Assembly: GCA_963704725.1 (NCBI GenBank)
Contig: OY969934.1
Span: 3,386,993-3,450,992, forward strand
Length of the DNA stretch: 64,000 bases
Direction of reading: 5' to 3'
Origin: an uncultured Actinomycetes bacterium
GTDB lineage: Bacteria; Actinomycetota; UBA4738; HRBIN12
Notes under the pieces: generated by a model
What the model saw: the letters and a program-made list of their open reading frames with translations, nothing else
What the model was told of the DNA's origin: nothing
The model's database searches: none
Made by a program: the position numbers and the translations under genes
In this document: positions 8,807 to 18,388 of the stretch, piece by piece
How positions within the stretch are numbered: the stretch's first letter is position 1
Layout: every line of letters starts with the position of its first letter

Positions 8807-10293
8807 GGCCGGCCGGCCTCGGGGCGCGCCTCCTGCGCGACGGGTTCCGCGTCGCGCTGCGGGAGCTCGAACACGACCGCCGTGCCACCCGCAGGAGTGC
8901 CTTCGATCCAGATCCGGCCGCCGTGAGCGAGCACGATCGCGCGAGCGATCGACAGACCCAGCCCGGTGCCACCCCCGGTGTCCGGTCCGCTCCGCCCGCC
9001 GCGGACGAACGCCTCGAAGACACGCTCCCGATCCTTCGGCGCGATCCCCGGCCCGTCGTCGGCAACCCGCACTTGGACACCGGATCGCCAGGGTGCCACC
9101 GAGACCACCACCTCACCGTCCTCCGGAGAGAACTTCGCTGCGTTCTCGAGCAGGTTCGTGAGGACCTGGTCGATCTGGACCGGGTCCGCCGGCACCTCGG
9201 GGGCGTCGCGCAAGATCGTTCGGATGCGGACCTGCCGAAGCGTCGGCGCCATCCGATGGAGAACAGACTCGACGACCTCGTCGAGTCCGATGAGCTGCTT
9301 GGCCGGCACGAGGGCGCCGGCGCGAACCTTGGCCAGCTCGAGGATGTTGCCGATCAGCCGGTTCAGCCGGTCCGTCTCCTCCGCCACGGTGCCGAGGAGC
9401 TCGGCCCGCTGCTCGTCGTCGAGCTCCACGTCCCCCTGCATGAGTCCCGTGATCGCGGTCTTGATCGAGGCGAGAGGCGTGCGGAGGTCGTGCGTCACGG
9501 AGGAGAACAGGGCGGCTCGGGCCTGGCTCCGCTCGGCCTCCAGGCGAGCGCTCGCGATCTGGGCGTCCATCGCCGAGCGCTCGAGCACCACCGCGATCTG
9601 CCGGGCGGCCGCCTCCAGGAGACGGAGATCGTCGGAGGCGATCCCCTCGCCGTTCGGCCGTGATGCGATGAGCGTGCCGAAGATCACGTCGCCGATCCCG
9701 ATCTCGACCCGGACGGGGATGCCGGACGCCGTCCCCTGCTGAGCGCGTCGGATGTCGAACGCGCGCCCATCCGCTCGGGCTTCGATGTGGCACGTGGCCA
9801 GGCGGAGTGCGTCCAGGAGGGATGTCGCGAGGTCGTTCAGCACGCGATCGAGGGGCTCGCCCGACATGACCTTGGTGGCGAAGTAGTTCAGCAGGCGAGC
9901 TTCCCGCTCCCGTCGAGAGGCCCGATCGCGCTCGTCCGCCGCCCGCGCCACCACGCCCCCGACCGTCAGCGCGACCACGAGGAACACGATGACCGCCACG
10001 ACATCGTCCCGGGAGGTGATCCGGAACGTGTGCACGGGCTCGGTGAAGAAGAAGGTCAGTGCGATGAGTCCGAGCACGGAGCTGCCCACACCCGCCCACA
10101 TCCCACCCGCCACCGATGCCAGCACGACGGCAAGCACGAACAGGGACACGGCTCCCAGGTCCCTCTGCGGCTGGACGATGAGGGCCACGCCCAGCGCGCT
10201 CGCCGGCGCCACGACCGACACGATCAAGGCCCGCACCCGAGAGCTCCCGGCCCGAGAGCTCCCGGCCGGAACGAGGAGCCAGCGATCGCTCAC
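8803..10293 (-). CDS. KdpD-like sensor kinase lacking the N-terminal KdpD/USP module, copy 1
   Basis: 4-TM DUF4118-like region (FFFTEPVHTF), GAF-like region, SVTHDLRTPL H-box, NLLENAAKFS, DDGPGI, GTGLGL. Leaderless TAGCGT-N6-GTG supports the start. Confidence 0.9.
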   Translation of the reverse strand: MSDRWLLVPAGSSRAGSSRVRALIVSVVAPASALGVALIVQPQRDLGAVSLFVLAVVLASVAGGMWAGVGSSVLGLIALTFFFTEPVHTFRITSRDDVVAVIVFLVVALTVGGVVARAADERDRASRREREARLLNYFATKVMSGEPLDRVLNDLATSLLDALRLATCHIEARADGRAFDIRRAQQGTASGIPVRVEIGIGDVIFGTLIASRPNGEGIASDDLRLLEAAARQIAVVLERSAMDAQIASARLEAERSQARAALFSSVTHDLRTPLASIKTAITGLMQGDVELDDEQRAELLGTVAEETDRLNRLIGNILELAKVRAGALVPAKQLIGLDEVVESVLHRMAPTLRQVRIRTILRDAPEVPADPVQIDQVLTNLLENAAKFSPEDGEVVVSVAPWRSGVQVRVADDGPGIAPKDRERVFEAFVRGGRSGPDTGGGTGLGLSIARAIVLAHGGRIWIEGTPAGGTAVVFELPQRDAEPVAQEARPEAGRP

Positions 10294-10301
10294 GACGCCA
10301 C

Positions 10302-10377
10302 GCTACGGCTTCGCTACACGTTCTTCACGCCGCCGTCCCGCCCTTTCACGCGCCCTTTACGGCCGCACGCCGAGGCT
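10302..10377 (+). promoter_or_regulatory. Putative KdpE-type direct-repeat array and -10 of the kimA2-trkA-trkA promoter
   Basis: Hexamers GCTACG 10302, GCTACA 10313, TTCACG 10324, TTCACG 10345, TTTACG 10356; -10-like GAGGCT at 10372. Confidence 0.65.
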
Positions 10378-10400
10378 AGTGATGAGAGGAGGGATCCGGG

Positions 10401-12806
10401 ATGGCCATCAGGACGGCTCCGCCCGCGGCTGCCACGCCGCCCGGTGCGCCGGCCCGACCGCAGCCCCAGACGAGAGGGCTCGGACACCTGTGGAAGCGGG
10501 TCGTTCTCGGCCCCGCCCTCCCCACGGCGGCCCTCCAGCACGAGCGGTTGGGCAAGCCCACGGCCCTCGCGGTGTTCGCCAGCGACAACCTCTCCTCGGT
10601 TGCCTACGCCACGGAGGAGATCCTGAAGGTCGGCGTCCCCGCGGTCGGCGTCGCCGCCTTCACGCTGCTGATGCCGGTGACGTACGGCATCCTCGCGGTC
10701 CTGGCCATCCTCCTCTTCTCGTACCGGCAGACGATCAAGGCCTACCCCAGCGCCGGCGGGGCGTACGTGGTGACGAAGGACAACTTCGGGCTCCTGTCGG
10801 CGCAGGTCGCGGGTGTCGCGTTGCTCACCGACTATGTCTTGACGGTCTCCGTGTCGGTGGCCGCGGGCGTCGCCGCGATGACGTCGGCGGCGCCGGGCCT
10901 GTTTCCCTATCGCGTCTGGCTGGCCGTGGCGTGCATCTGGTTCATCGCCTGGGGGAACCTGCGGGGCGTCCGCGAATCGGGCCGCATGTTCGCGATCCCC
11001 ACCTACTTCTTCGTCGGGACGATGCTCGTGCTACTCGCGACAGGGATCGCTCGGGCGCTGTTCGGTGGGCTCCACCCCGTGCCCATCCCAACCGGCGTGC
11101 GCGAAACGACCGGTGCGATCGGCCTCTTCGTCGTCCTGCACGCGTTCGCGTCGGGTGGAGCTGCGGTGACGGGTGTCGAGGCGATCTCGAACGGCATCCC
11201 CGCGTTCAAGCCGCCCGAATGGCGCAACGCCCGGACGACGCTCATGTGGATGGGAAGCACCCTCGGCGTCATGTTCCTCGGTCTCTCGTTCCTCGCCTTG
11301 AAGCTCAAGGTCACGCCCACAGAAACGAAGACGGTGATCTCGCAGGTCGGCCGGGCCGTGTTCGGGACCGGGCTGTTCGGCACGGCACTGTTCCTGATGC
11401 TGCAGGTGGCGACGACGATGATCCTCATCCTGGCCGCCAATACGTCCTTCGCCGACTTCCCGCGCCTCGCGAGCTTCCAGGCCCGGGACGACTTCATGCC
11501 CCGACTGCTCACGAAGCGAGGCCACCGGCTCGTCTTCTCGAACGGGGTCATCGGCCTCGCGATCGCCGCCTCGAGCCTCGTCATCGTGTTCGGGGCGGAC
11601 GTGCACCGGTTGATCCCGCTCTACGCGATCGGGGTCTTCACGTCGTTCACGCTGTCACAGGGCGGGATGGCCCGTCGCCACCTGCGACATCGCGAGCTCG
11701 GGTGGCGACACGGCCTCGCGATCAACGCGGTAGGGGCGCTCACGACGGCCGTCGTCGCCGTCGTTGTGGCGTACACGAAGTTCCACGACGGTGCGTGGGC
11801 GGTGATCCTCTTCGTCCCCATCATGGTGTCGATCCTGGTCCGCATGAACCACCACTACGAGCGGGAGCACGAGGAGCTCGACGAGGGGCTGGAGCCGTTC
11901 ACACGCGCGGAGCTCCGCCGACCGGCCGCCGTGGTGCTCGTCGGCGATCTCGACCGCAAGACGCTCCACGCACTGCAGTACGCGCGCACGATCCATCCGA
12001 GCACCACGCACGCGATCCACGTCGAGCGCGGCACGGCCGAGACAGAGGACCTTCGGCGCCGATGGGCCGAGCTCGGGATCGAGGTCCCGCTGAAGATCCT
12101 GTCCCGCCGAGGCGGGGTCGCCGAGACGATCGCCGACTACGCGGCGAGTCTCCCCGGCGAAACGGACGTCACGATGATCGTCCCCGGCCCGGATCGGATG
12201 GGCCGGATCGAGCGGCTGCGTCGCGGCCGCACGGGCTCGCAGCTGGCGCGGGCGCTCGCCCCCAACCCGCATGTGCGGGTCACGCTCGTCCGCGACCACC
12301 CCGAGCGGCACGGCAACCTAACCACGGCTCGCCGGCTCCTCCCCCGGGCCATCCACCGAGCCGTCGTCCTCGTCGACAAGCCCGACCGCGCGGCACTCCA
12401 GGCCGTCCGGTACGCGCTCTCGCTCGGTGCCGACGAGGTGTTCTCGGTGCACGCCGCCGTGGACCCGGAGATCCAGGACGAGCTGATCACCAAGTGGATG
12501 GACCTGCGGATCCCGGTGGCCCTGGACCTGGTGGAGTGTTGGGATCGCGACGTGGCGCGCTCGGTGGAGCGATATGTGGTGGACCTCATGGGCCAGCGCA
12601 CCGAGGTGACGGTCGTCATCCCGCGAAGGGACTTCGCTCGGCTCAGCCACCGGGTGCTGCACGACCGGACCAGCAGGGGCATCGCGCGGGCCCTCGGCCG
12701 CTACGAGCACCTCGACGTCGCCGTCGTCCCCTACTTCTTCGGCAAGCGGGCCGCTTCGCCGGCCGGCGCGGCCGAGGCGGCGGCGTCCCTTGACGGGCCG
12801 CGCTAG
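10401..12806 (+). CDS. KimA/YdaO-like APC-superfamily K+ transporter, copy 2
   Basis: FASDNLSSVAYATEE, AYPSAGGAY, LLTDY, TGVEAISNG, AANTSFADFPRL, LYAIGVFTSFTLSQ; SD GAGGAGG. Confidence 0.92.
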   Translation: MAIRTAPPAAATPPGAPARPQPQTRGLGHLWKRVVLGPALPTAALQHERLGKPTALAVFASDNLSSVAYATEEILKVGVPAVGVAAFTLLMPVTYGILAVLAILLFSYRQTIKAYPSAGGAYVVTKDNFGLLSAQVAGVALLTDYVLTVSVSVAAGVAAMTSAAPGLFPYRVWLAVACIWFIAWGNLRGVRESGRMFAIPTYFFVGTMLVLLATGIARALFGGLHPVPIPTGVRETTGAIGLFVVLHAFASGGAAVTGVEAISNGIPAFKPPEWRNARTTLMWMGSTLGVMFLGLSFLALKLKVTPTETKTVISQVGRAVFGTGLFGTALFLMLQVATTMILILAANTSFADFPRLASFQARDDFMPRLLTKRGHRLVFSNGVIGLAIAASSLVIVFGADVHRLIPLYAIGVFTSFTLSQGGMARRHLRHRELGWRHGLAINAVGALTTAVVAVVVAYTKFHDGAWAVILFVPIMVSILVRMNHHYEREHEELDEGLEPFTRAELRRPAAVVLVGDLDRKTLHALQYARTIHPSTTHAIHVERGTAETEDLRRRWAELGIEVPLKILSRRGGVAETIADYAASLPGETDVTMIVPGPDRMGRIERLRRGRTGSQLARALAPNPHVRVTLVRDHPERHGNLTTARRLLPRAIHRAVVLVDKPDRAALQAVRYALSLGADEVFSVHAAVDPEIQDELITKWMDLRIPVALDLVECWDRDVARSVERYVVDLMGQRTEVTVVIPRRDFARLSHRVLHDRTSRGIARALGRYEHLDVAVVPYFFGKRAASPAGAAEAAASLDGPR

Positions 12807-12817
12807 GCTACCGAGCC

Positions 12818-13477
12818 GTGCGCGTCATCATCATGGGTTGCGGTCGCGTCGGCATCCTGCTCACGCAGGAGCTCGCGAAGGCCGGACACGAGATCGCGGT
12901 GATCGACAAGCACGCGTCGGCCTTCGACCGTCTGCCCCCCGGATTCGAGGCTCGCACCCTCGTCGGGCTCGGCTTCGACCGAGAGGTGCTGGAGGACGCG
13001 GGGATCAAGGAGGCGGACGCGTTCCTTGCCGTGTCGAACGGCGACAACTCGAACATCCTGTCCGCCCGGGTGGCGCGCGAGCACTACCACGTGCCGAAGG
13101 TCATCGCGCGCATCTACGACCCGATGCGGGCGGACATCTACGAGCGTCTGAACATCCCCACCGTGTCGACCACCCGGTGGGGCGTGAAGCAGATGGTGCT
13201 GATGCTCAGCCACCCCCGCGAGGAGATCAAGGAGACGCTCGCGGCGGGCGACCTGTTCCGGATGCGGATCCAGATCCCGAGTCACCTGGTCGGCAAGCCG
13301 GTCTCGACCCTCGAGATCCCGGGGCAGATCCTCGTGGCCGGGGTCGACCGGGGCGGCAAGGGCTTCATCCCGGTGGCCTCGAGCGCGTTCCAGGAAGAGG
13401 ACTACGCCGCGGTCATCGTCCAGAAGGACGCGCTGGAGACCCTCGACGACCTGCTCCAACCCGCGGTGGAGCACTGA
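12818..13477 (+). CDS. TrkA/KtrA-family RCK protein (CeoB-like)
   Basis: IMGCGRVG Rossmann motif, SNGDNSNI, ARIYDP, C-terminal RCK_C. Confidence 0.92.
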   Translation: MRVIIMGCGRVGILLTQELAKAGHEIAVIDKHASAFDRLPPGFEARTLVGLGFDREVLEDAGIKEADAFLAVSNGDNSNILSARVAREHYHVPKVIARIYDPMRADIYERLNIPTVSTTRWGVKQMVLMLSHPREEIKETLAAGDLFRMRIQIPSHLVGKPVSTLEIPGQILVAGVDRGGKGFIPVASSAFQEEDYAAVIVQKDALETLDDLLQPAVEH

Positions 13478-13478
13478 C

Positions 13479-14156
13479 ATGCGGGTCGTGATCACCGGCG
13501 CCGGGGCCGTCGGGCGGCATCTCGCCTCCGATCTCGCGAGCCGCGGCCACGCCGTCACCCTGATCGAGCAGAACCCCGACGTGCTCGAAACCGCCCGGGA
13601 GTGGGCGCCCGACGTCGAGCACATGCTCGGCGACGCGTGCGAGCCCTGGGTGCTCGAGAAGGCCAAGCTCGACACGGCCGACGTGGTCGTCGCGGCGACC
13701 GGCGACGACGAGGACAACCTCGTCACGTCGCTGCTCGCGAAGCAGGAGTACGGCGTGCCGCGGGTGCTGGCTCGCGTGAACTACCCCGGCAACGAGTGGC
13801 TGTTCACCGAGCAGTGGGGCGTCGACGCTCCCGTATCGCCGCCTCATATCCTGACCGCGATGGTCGAGGAGGAGGTCACCGTGGGCGACCTGGTGCGGCT
13901 CCTTCCCCTCGAGCGCGGGCGGATCTCGATCGTCGAGCTCACGGTCCCCGCCGACTCGCCGAACGCGGGCCGGCCGCTCTACGAGCTCCGGCTCCCGGCG
14001 GACGCCGCGATCGTGGCGATCATCCGCGAGGAGCACGTCGTGATCCCGCAGCCCGAGACCGTGATCACCGACGGCGACGAGGTCATCGCGCTCACGATCC
14101 CGGACTCCGAGTCCGCCCTGCGTGCGGCCGTCCTCGGCGAGGCGGCCGAAGACTAG
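13479..14156 (+). CDS. TrkA/KtrA-family RCK protein (CeoC-like)
   Basis: ITGAGAVG, GDACE, ATGDDEDNL, ARVNYP.NEWLFT..WGVD, RCK_C. Confidence 0.92.
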   Translation: MRVVITGAGAVGRHLASDLASRGHAVTLIEQNPDVLETAREWAPDVEHMLGDACEPWVLEKAKLDTADVVVAATGDDEDNLVTSLLAKQEYGVPRVLARVNYPGNEWLFTEQWGVDAPVSPPHILTAMVEEEVTVGDLVRLLPLERGRISIVELTVPADSPNAGRPLYELRLPADAAIVAIIREEHVVIPQPETVITDGDEVIALTIPDSESALRAAVLGEAAED

Positions 14157-14869
14157 GCCCCGGGGTCGCCGGCCGCCCGGTCGGCCACCGGCGGGGGCGC
14201 CCACCGGTACCCGACGCCGGGCTCGGTGAGGATCAGCGACGGCCGGTCGACGCTCGGCTCGACCTTGCGCCGGAGCTGACTGACGAACACTCGGAGCACC
14301 TCGACGTCCTCCTGGTAGCCGGCCCCCCACACCCGCTCGAGCAGCCATCGGTGCGTGAGCAGCTTGCCCGGGTGCTCCGCCATCGCCTCCAGGAGAGCCC
14401 ATTCGGTCTTCGTGAGGTGGACGTTCCGCCCGTCCCGAGACACCCGATGCGCGTTCAGGTCGATCACCACGCCGTCGACCTCGAAGCGCGGCGACTCCGC
14501 CTCCTTGGCCTGAGCCCGCCGCAGCAGCGCGCGCACCCGGGCGAGCAGCTCCTCCACGCCGAACGGCTTCGTCAGGTAGTCGTCCGCGCCGAGGTCGAGC
14601 GCCTTCACCTTGCCCGCCTCGTCCTCCCGGACCGACAGGATCAGGATCGGCACGCTCGTCCACGTCCGGAGGCGGCGGCACACCTCCAGGCCGTCGATGC
14701 CGGGGAGGTTGAGATCGAGGACCACGAGGTCGGGCACCGTGGCCTCGATCTCGGCGATCGCGTCCTCGCCGTCGACGGCCGTCAGGACCTCGTAGCCGCG
14801 GGCGGCGAGGGCCCGGCGGAGCGCTCGCAGGATCTGCTGCTCGTCGTCGACGACGACGATCCGGCTCAT
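14153..14869 (-). CDS. kdpE: KdpE-like response regulator, copy 2
   Basis: VVDDE, LDLNLPGIDG, GADDYLTKPF, HPGKLLTHRWLL, LRVFVSQLRRK, ILTEPGVGY; clear paralog of 8105..8806. Confidence 0.9.
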   Translation of the reverse strand: MSRIVVVDDEQQILRALRRALAARGYEVLTAVDGEDAIAEIEATVPDLVVLDLNLPGIDGLEVCRRLRTWTSVPILILSVREDEAGKVKALDLGADDYLTKPFGVEELLARVRALLRRAQAKEAESPRFEVDGVVIDLNAHRVSRDGRNVHLTKTEWALLEAMAEHPGKLLTHRWLLERVWGAGYQEDVEVLRVFVSQLRRKVEPSVDRPSLILTEPGVGYRWAPPPVADRAAGDPGA

Positions 14870-16383
14870 GCCTCGGCCCGGCTCCCGGCCAGGGCGACCG
14901 CGAACGTGGCGCCGCCCCCGGGCGTGTCCTCGACCCAGATCTCGCCGTCCATCGCCACGACGAAGCCCTTGGCGATGGCGAGCCCGAGCCCCTTCCCCAG
15001 CCTGGGATTTCGCTGGTCGAGGTCGTAGAACGGGTGGAACAGCGCCTCCCGAGCGTCTGCCGGCAGGCCCTGGCCGTGGTCGATCACGCGGATCGTGACC
15101 CGGCCGTCCGAGCAGCGCGACGTCACCTCGACCTCCGCCGAGGTTGCGCTCGCCGAGCGTGCGGCGTTGTCGAGCAGGTTCGTGAGCACCCGATCGAGGA
15201 AGACTCGGTCCGCTCGGACGACGTCGCCGTCCTCCACCCGCGTTCGGATCCGTTCCTGGGGCCGGACGCGCCGGACGTTGGCGACGCTCGTCGAGACGGC
15301 GTCGAGGACGTCGACGGTCTCCAGCCTGGCGTGCAGGACGCCGGCCTCGATCCGGGACATGTCGAGGAGGTTGGCGATGAGCGCGTTCAGCCGCTCGGCC
15401 TCGGCGTCGATCGCCTCCAGCGCCTCGCGCCGCTCCGCCGACGACCGCGTCACATCCTCGGCGAGGAGGTCGGTGACGGTGGCCTTGATCGCGGAGAGTG
15501 GGCTCCGGAGGTCGTGGGAGACGGCGGCGAGCAGCGTCTGCCGCAGGCGCTCGGTCTGACGGTAGACCTCGGCGTCGGTCGCCGTCCGCAGGAGCCGGTC
15601 ACGCTCGAGCACGAGGGCGAGCTGGTCTCCGAACGCCCGCAGCACCCGGCTCTCCGACGCCGCCGGTGCGGGCCGCGATCCGCGCAGGACGAGGAGACCG
15701 ACGTTGTTGGACCCCACCGAGAGGGGAAGCCGCTCCGGCGGGCGCTCGGCCGAGCGCGGGTCCCACTCGGGGACGATCTCCCCCGGAGAGCAGGCCACCG
15801 CCACCTCCTCGCGCAATCCGCCGGCGTTCGAGGCGTCGCGGACGAACAACGCTCCGGCCTCGTACCCGAACATCTCCAGGATGTGCCCGATGATCTGCCG
15901 GTACGCCTCCGGACCCGGGCCCCGCATCACGAGCTCGCGCGACAGGTCCTGGAGGGTGCGCAGCTCGGCCTCCCGAGCCTCGGCCGCCGCGGCGCGTTCG
16001 ATCGAGCGGCCGAGCAGGATCGCGATCAGCACGGACAGCGCGAGGAAGACGAAGAGCACGACCACGTACTCGGGCTTGCTGATCACGAACGTGCCGTAGG
16101 GAGGGATGAAGAAGAAGTTGAAGGCCACGAAGCCGAGCAACGACGCCAGAACGCCGGGGCCGATGCCGCCGATCCACGCCGCCGCCACGACGGGCACGAC
16201 GAACCCGAACCCCTTCGTCAGCGGTTCGAGGTCCTCGCGGAGCGGGAGGAACAGGGCGATGAGGGCGGCCGTGCTTCCCACTGCCACGGCGTACGCGATC
16301 GCCTGACGGCGCGGTCGCGGCGAGCGGATCAGCCGGAGCCTCGACCCGGCAGACGGTCGCTCCATGTCGTCCAGCAACGCCAT
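14866..16383 (-). CDS. KdpD-like sensor kinase lacking the N-terminal KdpD/USP module, copy 2
   Basis: FNFFFIPPYGTF TM motif, GAF-like region, AVSHDLRSPL, NLLDMSRI, DHGQGL, GKGLGL. Start could be 16365, 16383 or 16443. Confidence 0.9.
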   Translation of the reverse strand: MALLDDMERPSAGSRLRLIRSPRPRRQAIAYAVAVGSTAALIALFLPLREDLEPLTKGFGFVVPVVAAAWIGGIGPGVLASLLGFVAFNFFFIPPYGTFVISKPEYVVVLFVFLALSVLIAILLGRSIERAAAAEAREAELRTLQDLSRELVMRGPGPEAYRQIIGHILEMFGYEAGALFVRDASNAGGLREEVAVACSPGEIVPEWDPRSAERPPERLPLSVGSNNVGLLVLRGSRPAPAASESRVLRAFGDQLALVLERDRLLRTATDAEVYRQTERLRQTLLAAVSHDLRSPLSAIKATVTDLLAEDVTRSSAERREALEAIDAEAERLNALIANLLDMSRIEAGVLHARLETVDVLDAVSTSVANVRRVRPQERIRTRVEDGDVVRADRVFLDRVLTNLLDNAARSASATSAEVEVTSRCSDGRVTIRVIDHGQGLPADAREALFHPFYDLDQRNPRLGKGLGLAIAKGFVVAMDGEIWVEDTPGGGATFAVALAGSRAEA

Positions 16384-16452
16384 CCCTCGAGTCGACGGAC
16401 CGGCCACAGCATCCCACCGAGCCGGCCGGCACCGTCGCGGCACGAGGGATTC

Positions 16453-16517
16453 CTCACGGATCCCATACGCCGGAGCGCGGCTTGCTTACGGCTCCTTGAC
16501 GGGTCCGAACCTACGCT
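16453..16517 (+). promoter_or_regulatory. Putative KdpE-type direct-repeat array and -10 of the kdp operon
   Basis: CTCACG 16453, CATACG 16464, CTTACG 16485, TTGACG 16496; -10 TACGCT at 16512. Confidence 0.7.
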
Positions 16518-16546
16518 CGACGGGATCGGGAGAAGGGGGAGCGGCG

Positions 16547-16630
16547 ATGCTCGATGTCCTGATGGTCGTGCTCACGGTCGTGGCCTTCGGGGCGATGTTC
16601 GCCCTGATCGCGGGGCTGGAGCGCGTATGA
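16547..16630 (+). CDS. 27-aa hydrophobic peptide upstream of kdpF
   Basis: MLDVLMVVLTVVAFGAMFALIAGLERV; SD AAGGGGG; stop overlaps kdpF ATG (ATGA). Confidence 0.8.
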   Translation: MLDVLMVVLTVVAFGAMFALIAGLERV

Positions 16631-16716
16631 AGCTCTCCGACGTCCTCGAGCTCATCCTCTCCGTTGCACTGCTGGCCTACCTCGCATACGCGCTGATCCG
16701 GCCGGAGCGCTTCTGA
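16627..16716 (+). CDS. kdpF: K+-transporting ATPase subunit F
   Basis: MKLSDVLELILSVALLAYLAYALIRPERF with the typical YL.YAL..PERF end, 1 nt before kdpA. Confidence 0.92.
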   Translation: MKLSDVLELILSVALLAYLAYALIRPERF

Positions 16717-16717
16717 C

Positions 16718-18388
16718 ATGGTCACGATCCTCGTCTACATCGTCGTGCTGATCGCGGTGACGCCGCCGCTCGGCGCCTACATGTATCGCGTCTACAAGCG
16801 CGAGCGGATCGGGCGCGTCGAGGGCGCCGTCTACCGGCTGATCGGCGTGAACCCCACTCTGGAGCAGTCGTGGCGCCGATACGCGAACTCGTGTCTGTGG
16901 TTCAGCGTCCTGTCGATGCTGTTCCTCTACGCCCTGTTCCGCCTGCAGAACCACCTGCCGCTCAACCCGCTCGGGCTCGGCGCCGTGGACAAGTACGTCT
17001 CCTTCAACACCGCCGCGAGCTTCGTCACGAACACGAACTGGCAGACCTATGGCGGCGAGACCACGATGTCCTACCTCAGCCAGATGCTCGCGCTGACCTT
17101 CCAGAACTTCGTGTCGGCCACCGCGGGCATGGCCGTGCTCGTCGCGCTGTTCCGAGGATTCACCCGCGCCGGTCGAGACGAGGTCGGTAACTTCTGGCGC
17201 GACCTCGTCCGCGGCACCATCTACATCATGTTGCCGCTGTCGGCGGTCGTCGCGGTGGTTCTCGTGGCGCAAGGGGTCGTCCAGACGCTCGGTCCGTCGC
17301 TGGCCGCGCACGGCCTCCAGGGGTTCGACCAGACGATCGCCCGCGGCCCCGTGGCCGCCCAGATCGCGATCAAACAGCTCGGGACGAACGGCGGTGGGTT
17401 CTTCAACGTGAACTCGGCGCACCCGTTCGAGGGCGGCGGGCCCCTCGGCAACTTCGTCGAGATGTTCGCCATCCTGGCCATCCCCGCGGCGCTGACCTAC
17501 ACGTTCGGCACGTGGGTCGGCAACGTCCGTCAGGGGTGGGCGATCTTCACCGTGATGATGGTCCTCATGATCGGCGGGCTCGCCGTCACGGTCCCGTCCG
17601 AGCACTCGGCGTCCCAGGCCATGGTGGCCGCCGGCCTTCCCTCGTCCGTCCAGAACCTGGAGGGCAAGGAGGTCCGCATCGGGGCGAACGAGTCGGCGCT
17701 GTGGGCCGTTGCGACGACCGACGCCTCGAACGGCAGCGTCAACTCGATGCACGACTCGTACCGCGCGCTCGGGCAGCTCGCCCCGATGTTCAACATCGCC
17801 GTCGGCGAGGTGATCTGGGGAGGGGTCGGGAGCGGGCTGTACGGGATGATCTTCTACGCCATCATCGCCGTCTTCATCGGCGGGTTGATGGTCGGCCGCA
17901 CCCCCGAGTACCTGGGCAAGAAGATCGGCGCGCGAGAGGTCAAGCTCTCCGCCATCGGCGTCCTCGTCCCGTTCATCCTGGTCCTCGGGCTCACGGCGGT
18001 CGCCGTCCTGGTCCCTGGAGGCCTGGACGCCAGGAACAACGCCGGCCCCCACGGGTTCAGCGAGCTCCTCTACGCCTTCCTGTCCCAGGGCAACAACAAC
18101 GGTTCGGCCTTCGCCGGCCTCACGGCCACCGGGCCGTTCCTGGCGATCTCCGGCGGGCTGCTCATGATCGGCGCGCGGTTCGTGCCGCTCGTGGCGGCGC
18201 TCGCACTCGCCGGGAGCCTCGGACGGGCCGGAACGGTGCCGGACAGTCCCGGCACGCTGCACACGGACACGGGGCTGTTCATCGTCCTCCTCACGTTCGT
18301 CATCCTCGTCATCGGCGCGCTGACCTTCCTCCCCGGCCTCGCCGTGGGCCCCATCGTCGAGCACCTCACCGCCGGGAGCTTGTTCTGA
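16718..18388 (+). CDS. kdpA: K+-transporting ATPase subunit A
   Basis: [57 protein letters not shown]. Confidence 0.98.
   Translation: MVTILVYIVVLIAVTPPLGAYMYRVYKRERIGRVEGAVYRLIGVNPTLEQSWRRYANSCLWFSVLSMLFLYALFRLQNHLPLNPLGLGAVDKYVSFNTAASFVTNTNWQTYGGETTMSYLSQMLALTFQNFVSATAGMAVLVALFRGFTRAGRDEVGNFWRDLVRGTIYIMLPLSAVVAVVLVAQGVVQTLGPSLAAHGLQGFDQTIARGPVAAQIAIKQLGTNGGGFFNVNSAHPFEGGGPLGNFVEMFAILAIPAALTYTFGTWVGNVRQGWAIFTVMMVLMIGGLAVTVPSEHSASQAMVAAGLPSSVQNLEGKEVRIGANESALWAVATTDASNGSVNSMHDSYRALGQLAPMFNIAVGEVIWGGVGSGLYGMIFYAIIAVFIGGLMVGRTPEYLGKKIGAREVKLSAIGVLVPFILVLGLTAVAVLVPGGLDARNNAGPHGFSELLYAFLSQGNNNGSAFAGLTATGPFLAISGGLLMIGARFVPLVAALALAGSLGRAGTVPDSPGTLHTDTGLFIVLLTFVILVIGALTFLPGLAVGPIVEHLTAGSLF

Noticed and set aside
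10236-10267. Short tandem repeats (15 bp here; 18 bp at ~58255-58295)
   Set aside because: Two-copy in-frame slippage duplications in linker regions; not CRISPR or a functional array.
10294-10400. c-di-AMP (ydaO) riboswitch ahead of the kimA or kdp genes
   Set aside because: Leaders are too short and I saw none of the conserved core by eye; a cmscan would be decisive.
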